64,000 nt of DNA from the human T2T-CHM13v2.0 reference genome, Homo sapiens: NCBI RefSeq assembly GCF_009914755.1, contig NC_060942.1; one strand, written 5' to 3'. Shown here one piece after another: positions 54,560 to 64,000 of this stretch (position 1 is its first letter; each line of letters begins with the position of its first letter). A program made the translations under genes and the position numbers. Under the pieces are notes generated by a model, which was not told the DNA's origin, searched no databases, and worked only from the letters and a program-made list of their open reading frames with translations.

Positions 54560-55102
54560 CCTATGAGTGAATTCATTGCAGACCTTACATTATTATTACT
54601 ACTAGCATAGCTTGACAGGAGGAGAAGCATGGGAGAGGTAATTGACCCAGTTTGTAGCCAGAATCAAATCTCATGTGTGTAGCTTCCCATGGGAAGCAGT
54701 CTCATGTGTCTCATGTGTATTCCACTCCAGCAAATCTGAAATATAACAAAGTCAACAATGTGAGCAACTGTTCTGAAGTCTCTTCCGCTTCAAGAAGCCA
54801 AATAAAATGTTGGAGTGAATTGTTTAGATGTTCTCAAACCGTCATTTCTCAATCGGTGACTCTGAAATGCCAAGGAAAAATGGGCTCTGAAGAGGACCCT
54901 GCTCACATCATAAGGCAAGGGATACTGTCCACAGAATTTTACCTCTATTATGCATGCCTTGGCTTATAGGTGTGAGTCGTTGCTTGGTAGAACAAGAGAC
55001 AAATCCTTGATAAACCAAAGGATATAATTAAGGCAAGACAAGAGGCTGGAAACAAATATTGCATTGTGGGATTTAAAGAGGAGTTTTAAAGTAACAGTGA
55101 TA

Positions 55103-55330
55103 AGCCTAGGCAACATGGCAAAACCCCATCTCTATGAAAAATACAAAACTTAGCCAGGCATGGTGGTGTGCACCTGTAATCCCAGCTACTCAGGAGGCTG
55201 AGGTGGGAGGATGGCTTGAGCCCAGGAGGTCAAGGCTACAGTGAGCTGTGATTGCACCACTGCACTCCAACCTGGGCAACAGAGTGAAACCCTATCTCAA
55301 AAACAAACAAGCAAACAAACAAACAAAAAA
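55103..55330 (+). mobile_element. 5'-truncated AluJ
   Basis: J-type right arm (ggatggcttgagcccaggaggtcaaggct), (CAAA)n tail, TSD aacagtgata. Confidence 0.93.
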
Positions 55331-56606
55331 CAGTGATAGAGATGTCTGCAGAATAGAACTTAAATCAAGCAGGTGTTTTCATGGTTATTCAAATGGAGCT
55401 GAATGATACTGATTTAATTATTGACATAAGTAAGACTGAACTGATGAATTAGGAGTAAGTAATTTATGGTTTTTAACATCTAATTACAGTTTTCTCTATG
55501 GCAGCTACTAGAAATCTCTCCTATGCTCTCCATATTCTAATTCTTGCTATGCTGCTCCCCAGTTTTCATGCTCCTTCCCTCCCTTCCTCCTCACATCCAC
55601 TCATTCATCACCCATTTCTAAAGCCCTGATTTTCTAACATGCAATCCTCTCTTCCATGGGAAGTCCCCCAAGAAATATAATTTATTTCTGATCTGCCTGC
55701 TTCTTAAGAGGAGGAGTCTGGAAGCTTGCAGAGTAAAATCATTCATTTTATCCATTCTGTTATCTCTTCCCTCTGAAAAATCTGTTTGACAGCCTAACAA
55801 AGCTATTGCATAACTCTAAGTCAGATGAACAGGTAAAAATAGGAACCTCAATATTGATTTGAGGCATCTCAGCCTTTTCTGACTGACTACCAAACTCCCC
55901 TTTCTTCTTTGCATGCTAATTGAATCCTCTCTCTGTTGGTTTAATCCTCTCCCTGTTGATGGGGTGCATCTGTCTGCCTGGCTACAATCATAAAGCTTCT
56001 TCTAATAAACCTTGCAATTGAGGTATTCGCAGTGTCCACAGGAACAAACTCATTATTGTTAGAATTCAATTTCAATCCAGCTCCTCCATGTCTATATCAT
56101 CAGTTTGGAAACAAGGTAGAAGATTCACCCTGTCTTCTTCTTTGTCAGAGTGGTTAGTCCACAAATACCTTCATTACCTCACGAGTGCAATGATGTGAAG
56201 ATGTCTCAATTCTCAATGTACTTATGGGAACTGGGAATGCCAGAGACTTAATACCCAGGTAGTCATAGTGGTCCTACCTCTTACCAATTCAGTTGCTCTG
56301 GAAGTGAATTAGAAGGGGTAATCTCTGACTTGAGTGCTGGGCTAGCTCTGGGGATTTCCTCATAGGTGACTGAGCAAATATTTTCTCCCTCACTCTCAGC
56401 AGTACCATGTGTATAAGGAGAAACATCTTTGGGAGTGTGAGGGGCATTTGGATCACTCGGAGCTCCCCACTCTGCCAGGCATCTCATTCAGAGCTTTACT
56501 TGTTGATCCGTTATTCCTCAGTCCCAACTTGCTTTACCAACTGAGACTCTGAGTATTTGATAAAGCTTGGCTTTGTTTAGTAACTCGTGACTATAACAAA
56601 AGATTA

Positions 56607-57518
56607 CAGTTGATTCTTATTATTTGCAGTAGTTATGTTCTTAAAAGTCACCACAAGTACTGAATTAGCAAATACTGTTCCATTGCTCCTTGAGGAAATA
56701 CAGTGCTAGGGTCCTGCAAGCTTCTGGTCACAACATATTTGTAAACCAGTCAATATATAAACTTATGTGTTTCTGTTTAAAGACATAATATGTATATTTA
56801 ATATACATATTAGTCCATCCTCACACTGCTATAAAGAACTGCCCAAAACTGGGTAATTTAGAAAGGAAAGAGGTTTAATTCACTCACAGTTCTGCATGAC
56901 TGGGGAGGCCTCAGGAAACTTACAATCATAGCAGAATGCAAAGGGGAAGCAAGGCACCTTCTTCACAAAGTGGTGGGAGGGAGAAAGAGTGAATGAATCA
57001 AGGGGGAAGAGGCTCTTATACAACCATCAGATCTCATGAGAATTCACTCACTATCATGAGAACAGCATGTGGGAACTGCCCCCATGATTCAATTACCTCC
57101 ACCTGTTCTCTCCCTTGACACATAGGGATTATGGGGATTACAATTCAAGATGAGATTTTGGGTGGGGACACAGCCAAACCATATCAATATATATTGTTGA
57201 TTTATCAACACTGAACACACAAAGGCACTATATCTCATGGTGTGCCCAAATAAAGTTTCTCTAGCACTGGTGTTTTCTCCATAAGGCACATTGCAGTCTT
57301 CTTGCACTTTACAGCACAAGAATTGAAACAAGGAAGTAGAGTGTTGATTTGTTCAGCCTCATCTGGGAAGACATGCCTCAGGCAACTAAAATTTTTTGCT
57401 ACTCTGTGCATATCCACAAATAACAGTGAAAGTGTCACAGTATTGACTCTGAGGTTTCAAAATTTTAGCAAGTAGATGAATTTGCAATATGGAATCTTCC
57501 AACAAAGGTTATTGACTG
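56607..57518. mobile_element. MER82 (TcMar-Tigger) split by a THE1D LTR
   Basis: TA|cagttgattcttattatttgcag ... ggttattgactg|TA termini. Confidence 0.82.
56806..57186 (-). mobile_element. THE1D solo LTR
   Basis: Antisense THE1D motifs, ending ggggacacagccaaaccatatca; 5-bp TSD atata. Confidence 0.9.
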
Positions 57519-57529
57519 TATATACTAAT

Positions 57530-57863
57530 TTTCTGAAAGACTTGGCCTACAGATGTCCTTTGGGTTTTAATAATGATTATCCACAGTATGCTAAAAATTG
57601 GTGACATTTTTGGCATATAATATTTTGAAATTGAGGAATTTGATATTTTTTAAATGCTGTATTTCAGTTGCTCTCTGAAATTTAGAAGATATGGCAAAAA
57701 TTAGGCACTAGCTCCCGCATGGCAGTAATAGTCCACAAGACCCAAATGGTGGCTGAACTCCTTAGAGAGATAGGACCTGTACTTTTCAGTTTTATGTCTT
57801 GAAACACCTGCCTGCTGCATTAATTTATGTTGACCAATGTTGGAATTGAATTTGAGACAGCTG
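57530..57863. mobile_element. MER102-like hAT element
   Basis: tttagaagatatggcaa...tcccgcatggcagtaat...ttaatttatgtt...tgaatttgagacagctg. Confidence 0.55.
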
Positions 57864-58199
57864 CTTTAAAGTCCTCTGGCAGTCTTGTTTTACTCCAGTA
57901 GCAAATAACCCATACCTCAAATCCCAAATCCTAATTGTCTTAGAATCTCCCAGGAGTTGCCAAGTCCCTGAAGATTCAGGTGCTAATGACTTAGAAAATA
58001 AAATTCTTCAACTGAACCATTGTCCTTTTCTCTCTCTCCAAGAAAGACTTAATTTGTTAGGGAATTTTGAGTCTAAGATTATTGCATAAAAAACACTTTT
58101 CAGTTTACAACTTCATAAAGGAGCTGCTTAACCTTCCATAATTTAGTGAGTTGACATAATTTTGAATAAATTTAGTTATGCTTTTAATAAAACCCAGTC

Positions 58200-58430
<231 letters not shown>

Positions 58431-58891
58431 AAAATCCAGTCTTGAAGAGCAAATTCTTCCAAACTTTGTAATTCTAATCCCAGAGAGTCCTCTTCCAGAT
58501 TTAGGAAAACTAGCTGCACTTTTTGTCCTATGAATATCTAATTTCTTGCACTTTAATTTCAACATTTGAGTGGTCATTGCAAAGGTGGGCTTTCAGTTCA
58601 GTTCTAGAGTAATGATTGTTTCAAAAGGTCACTGAATCTTTACCTTATGTCTAAAATAGAACATGATGCTTTCTAAAATGTACACCTAATAAAGCTAAAT
58701 CAAGTGGTTAATCTGGGTATAGTAACCATTCCAGAGAAAAATAAGTCCAACCAAAAAAAAAAAGCCTTGAGTAATAATTTAGATATTTATCGTAGGTTTC
58801 CACTTTTTAAGGGAAAGCATTTTAACAAAACCTTTCCTAACATCCTCTTTATAGATATCTCCATCTTACCAGATATTCACACAAAGCACTA

Positions 58892-59352
58892 TTTTTTTTT
58901 AACTATACTTTAAGTTGTGGGGTACATGTACAGAACGTGCAGGTTTGTTACATAGGTATACACGTGCCATGGTGGTTTGCTGCACCCATCAACCCGTCAT
59001 CTACATTAGGTGTTTCTCCTAATGCTATCCCTCCCCTATCCCCCCACCCCCCAACAAGCCCCAGTGTGTGATGTTTCCCTCCCTGTGTCCATGTGTTCTC
59101 ATTGTTCAACTCCCACTTATGAGTGAGAACACGCAGTGTTTGGTTTTCTGTTCTTGTGTTAGTTTGCTGTGAATGATGGTTTGCAGCTTCATCCATGTCC
59201 CCGCAAAGGACATGAACTCATCCTTTTTATGGCTGCATAGTATTCCATGGTGTATATGTGCCATATTTTCTTAATCCAGTCTATCATTGATGGGCTTTTG
59301 GGTTGGTTCCATGTCTTTGCTATTGTGAACAGTGCCACAATAAACATATGTG
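58892..59352 (-). mobile_element. L1PA7/8-like 3' end
   Basis: Antisense L1PA 3' UTR; TSD acaaagca(c/g)tattttt. Confidence 0.93.
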
Positions 59353-59399
59353 ACAAAGCAGTATTTTTTAAAAACTGGTATCTTCTGTCTTCAAGACCT

Positions 59400-59685
59400 G
59401 TTTTCAATGTTATGATGTTCTCTTCTTTACTTCCCCCCTTTACAAGTGGTAACAGAAACTACCTCAAAGTCCTACTGTCCAATGTGCAAATATTCCTGAG
59501 TCTTGCTTCTCTGAATCTCATCATATTAACCTTAAATTTTAAAAATGTAATATGGTTGAATGCTTATCTGTTTCTTCTACTGTATTAAAAATTATTTTAA
59601 GACAGAAACTAGGTCTTGAGAACTCCTTGTATCCTTAGGAACAAGCTCATGGCTGGTACTCAATATATGTTGACACTGAATGTTC
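59400..59685 (+). mobile_element. L2 3' end fragment
   Basis: cttatctgtttcttctactgtatt...ttgtatcctt...ggtactcaatatatgttg...tgaatg. Confidence 0.5.
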
Positions 59686-61129
59686 ACTTGCACAGGTTAT
59701 TGTCAATGTAACACTTGTATGAGCTCAGCACAGAAATTTTCAACATTGACAAGTCATTTCAATGTATGAAGTAGTGATGTAGATTATTTAGATTAAGTGA
59801 TGTCAACTGGAAGACTTGGATTGAAGAAGCTTAAAACTTTTGCTATTCAGGCTGTTAATCTTCAAGATTGATGGAATCTTATTTTTAGATCATGGAAAAA
59901 TATATAGGCAACTGCTTTAGTAGTTGTTAATGGCATCTGTCGGGCATACAACTATCGACTGAAGATGAGTCAGACAGGCCATAAAAAACATCTGAGTCCT
60001 GAATACAAACAGGAGAGAAAAGGTTCTATAATTGTTTATGGGTTCACCAAAGACGGTCTGCTAATTAAATGTTGGAGTATTTACCCGAAACAGCCATCAT
60101 AGGAAACTAATGAACTTGTTCAAAGGATGAAAACAAGTTATCACCTGTTCTGTCAGTCAATAGCACTGAAACAAGCAATTTCCATCACTGTAGGGTCCCA
60201 CAAGTAACTCAAGCCACCAGATTTTAATTAGCTTCAAAGACTACATACTGGGTGGTAAAGTTTAGCCATCCACCTTTTTGTCATATAAAAGTCATTTTTT
60301 AAATACAAAATATGGTGTAAAATTGTGCATGTCTCTGTACATCATTCAATCAATGTAGAATAGGAAGAACAGGAAGAAACAGAAAAAAGAGATGGTCTGT
60401 TTTGCTAGCATTATAATGCACTCCAGGAAGAGTAGGAAAAAACTAAGGAATGAATAATTTAATCAACATCTCACTCTTTACTTTACATCTAATGGTCTTA
60501 TCAGAAAATACTAAACATGGCACAGTATGAGAACACAGTGAGCAGGAGAGATTCTTCCACCCCACATGCTAGCAATGATGTATTAATACTGTGAAATGCA
60601 AGGCTGTTTCTATAAAAATGTATTAAGTTTTAGGATAGAAAATTATAAAATCATAAAGACAAGCATTTAACACTAACTTTATGAATGGTTGTGATTATTT
60701 TAAAATAAAATGATGTAGAATGCTTTATAATGAATTATTACATTATTTAAAAGAATAATTTTATCATATTATTATAAGGAGAAAAGACAAAATTGGATGT
60801 CTGTCAGTGCAATTGGGAAGGAAAACCTAGAAGCTGTATTTGTCTTGGGAAACATTTTCCAAAGCAAGCTAAAAAATTAATTCTTGATTAAATTTCTTTC
60901 TCATTCATCCTAAACATTATCAATAGAAGCCCTTCCAAAGTAGTCACAAAACCATGAATAAAATTCCTTCACACAAGATTGAGTTTCTGTTTTTAGAACG
61001 ACTACTTTTATGTAGGAGTTTTAAGTAAGAAGACTAAGATATTTTCTAAACATTTAAATACTAACACTCAAAAGAACTTGATTAAGTAATAACCAAACTA
61101 CTGAAGGGTAATAGTTACATCAACATGTA

Positions 61130-61297
61130 TTTCTTTCTCTCTCCCTCCCTCCCTCTCTCTCTTTTATCTGTCTTTCTTTTCTTTCTTTCTTTCTCTTTCT
61201 TTCTGTCTTTCTCTTTCTTTCTTTCTTTCTTTCTTTGTTTTTCTTTGTTTCTTTCCTTCCTTCCTTCTTCCTTCCTTCCTTCTTTCTTTCCCTTTCA
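61130..61297. repeat. (CT/CTTT/CCTT)n polypyrimidine tract
   Basis: Direct observation; probably the expanded tail of the adjacent antisense L1. Confidence 0.95.
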
Positions 61298-61299
61298 TT

Positions 61300-62500
61300 A
61301 TGTTTTTAAACAGTTTTATTATGGTCTAATTGACATACAATACACTGTACTTATTTGAAGGGCAGTTTAACAGTTGTAACATGCATACACAAGTAAACTC
61401 ATCACCACAATCAAGATAATGAACACATTCATCGCCATTGTCAATCAAATAATCTCAAGATTCATAAATTTGGAGGAGAGAGCTTTATTTCTCATAAAGG
61501 GTTGCAGCATGTAGGCTGGCCATCCTGAGAGCTGGAAAGCAGAATTTATGCTGAATTTATGCTGGACAGGAATTCATGCTGAACGGCTTGGCCAAGTATA
61601 CATATTCAGCAGGCTACAGGGCTCGAGCTATGAATATTCACAAAGACAGGCATGTGCACACGCATAATAAGCAAGCAAGCATGTTACATGCTTCCCATGG
61701 TCACTCTGGGGTGGAGACTTAACATGTAAATGTACTATAATTAGGTCCTATACCTCAAAGGAGAAAGAGGGACACAAAAGTACTCAGTGTACAGCCTCTG
61801 TGTACCAACCAGGACCAGTTTATGGTCAGTGGTGTCTTATCAGGGGAAGGTTACTGAAATCAGTCTCTTGTCCAATCGAAGCTGTAGTTACGGCTTGTGG
61901 AACAGGGGCATCAGTCAGTGTCTGGTAATAGGTGAGCCGCAATTGTTTCAATATTGCTTATCTCAAGGCTAGTGCAGTGCTTAGCTGCTACAGAAAAAGG
62001 AAAAACCCTGTGGCCTTTAGAACATAGTTTATTCTTTAAGTGTAGAGGTGCACGACTTAACCCTTGCCTTAGGTCTTATTTATAATTGGTATCTTATTGC
62101 CTCAAAGACACTGTTCTGTCAGTCTTACGATCTGTATTTTAACACCATCAAAAGTTTCTTATTGGCCTTTTGTGGTGTCTCCTTCCTTCTCTTACTCTCT
62201 TCTCAGAAGCAGGCAACACTGATCTGCTTTCTGTCCCTATATTAGCTTGTAATTTCAATAGTTTTATATAAATGGCATCAGATACTGTGTATTTTTTATC
62301 TGACTTTTTCAGTTAGACAAATTATTTTGAGATTCATCCATGTTGTTGCAAATATCAATAATTCAGTCCTTATTACTGAGCAATATTCTACTGTGTGTGT
62401 GTGTGGAGATACAATTTGTTTAGCCAATCACCTGTTGGTGGGCTTGTGGGTTGTTTCCAGTCTTTGGCTATTACAAATAAAGCTACTATGAAAATCCTTG
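61300..62500 (-). mobile_element. L1MB/L1MC 3' end split by MER39
   Basis: taattgacatacaatacactg...catcaccacaatcaagataatgaaca, resuming at 62149 (caaaagtttc...ttttgagattcatccatgttgttgc). Confidence 0.82.
61439..62144 (-). mobile_element. MER39 solo LTR (ERV1)
   Basis: Reverse complement starts TGTTAAAATACAGATCGTAAGACTGACAGAACAG; 4-bp TSD ccat on both sides. Confidence 0.9.
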
Positions 62501-64000
62501 TCTTACGGGATCCTTAGCGGGTGTTGCTTTTCTAGCTGGAAACCTCTGTGGCCAGTGGTACTTTTGCCGGAGTTTGCTCAGGCCCACTGAGCCCACTCAT
62601 CCTGGCAGGCTGCATTTGGCTCGTGCTACCAGCCTGGATTCCACAACTCCAAAGAGACTGGAGTGGAGCAGTGACAGGTACATGAGCAAGAGAGCATGGG
62701 ATCCAGGCACTGCACAGTCAGGCACACCGGCTGCTGCAGTGGGGTGGGCAGCTCCAGGTGCCAACACACTGAGAGTCTGCTCTGGACCAGGCATACTGCA
62801 AGCAGCTTCCATGGCTGGCACCAGAGAATGCAGTGGTGCCCAGAAGCTTGGAGACTCCAGGAACCACAGGGCCCCAAAGGAGGAGTCACAGCCATGGCTC
62901 AGGGAGCTCCCAGGTCTGGGCTTCCCAAAGGACCACAGCTCTTTTCTCCTCTCTTCTCTCCTCCTTGTGGCCCACAATGTGGCAAGCAAGGGATGTGTTT
63001 CAGCACTGTTTGTATAACAGCTCTTTTAGCCTCATCATTCGGTGAGTCCCGGGTTCTTGTCCTGCATCCAGGAAGAATGAGAGGAGCTTTACTGAGCAAT
63101 AGAACAGCTCAGAGGAGACCTGCAGTGGGCAGCTCCTCTCTGTAGTTAGGGGTTCCAACCAGTGTTCAGCGTTCAGCAGAGAGGGTAGCTCCTCTCTGCT
63201 AGACAGATTGTCCCCACGAGTGTTGAGCTCTCAGCAGAGAGGGTAGCACCTCTCTGCAAGTGGTCATCCCATTGTCTCCCTATCCTCTCTTCATCCTCTG
63301 CTGGAGTCTGGCTGAGTCCGGGGGGGCGGGGGGTTATGGGCCTCTGAGGAAAGGAAGTGGGTGCTGATTTGTCCATGGGCAGTCGTGGGTGGGCCCAGAG
63401 AAAAGCACAAGTTCCCCCTCTGGTCGGTGGGACTGGTGGCCTAGCCCCCAGGCTTCAGGCCCTCCGTGGTTGGAAGGTGGGGGCTTCACCAGGGACTAAC
63501 CCCCTTCTGCCCAGGAGTCTGTCTGCCTCCTGCCACCATTCATGATGCCTAGACTGTTCATGCCAAGGGGTACCTGTAGGCCAGCGCCAGGCTGTCCTCA
63601 GGTCCCCCTTGACCTCCCTCCCATGCTTGTTGGTGCCCAAACCCCAGAGGCGGGGGGCAGCGAGAAGGCAAGGGGCTGGTATTTCAGCACTGTCCCAAGC
63701 TCACACACACCCAGCCGGGCTGCATAAACGTTTACCCTAGCTTGGCCCCATCCTTGCTCAAAGAGCGGGCGCTGGAAGCAGGGAGAGGCCAGGCAGTGGG
63801 AGCAGAGATCTCCAAGAATGCAGGGGTGAGTGGGGCCTTCCTGGGCCCCAAGAGTGCAGAGATGCCTGGGTCTGCAGCCACAGCTGGGCGGCTGTATCTG
63901 CACCCAGGGTGGGCAGGACTTCTGCCTGCTCCCAGCGCCCAAGACCACAGGGAGGCCCAGGTCCACAGCCATGACTTGAGTTGCTGCCTGCTCCCGGCTC
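62501..64000 (-). mobile_element. MER52 LTR (ERV1), runs off the window
   Basis: ttacgggatcctt...ctggaaacctctgtggccagtgg; GC-rich with internal cagcagagagggtagc repeats; explains the ORF cluster. Confidence 0.88.

Noticed and set aside
55700-56560. Possible ancient ERVL/MaLR internal fragment
   Set aside because: Composition is suggestive, but I could not match a specific motif, so it is not reported as a feature.
62574-63972. Dense ORF cluster at the window end
   Set aside because: Entirely within the GC-rich MER52 LTR; stop-poor by composition.

Overview
Primate (catarrhine, human-like) genomic DNA, AT-rich and made mostly of interspersed repeats: L1 of several ages, Alu, MIR, L2, CR1/L3, ERV1/ERVK/ERVL/MaLR LTRs, and hAT and Tigger DNA transposons. 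I can support no intact protein-coding gene, RNA gene or CRISPR array. Nearly all ORFs in the track come from repeats or microsatellites. The one cellular-gene-derived element is a disabled processed pseudogene of AIDA on the minus strand (~36540-38136). It is split by a THE1 LTR, has an internal 98-bp-period duplication and a probable 5' inversion, and its 3' UTR is fused to a truncated THE1 provirus. The most unusual element is an L1PA5/6-like insertion (19765-22125) inside a perfect 16-bp TSD. It keeps ~700 nt of 5' UTR with an extended antisense ORF0, has lost ~4 kb internally, and carries a ~127-nt 3' transduction. Repeat subfamily names are from recalled consensus sequences and need RepeatMasker/Dfam confirmation. 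I see no convincing evidence of a wholly new biological system.
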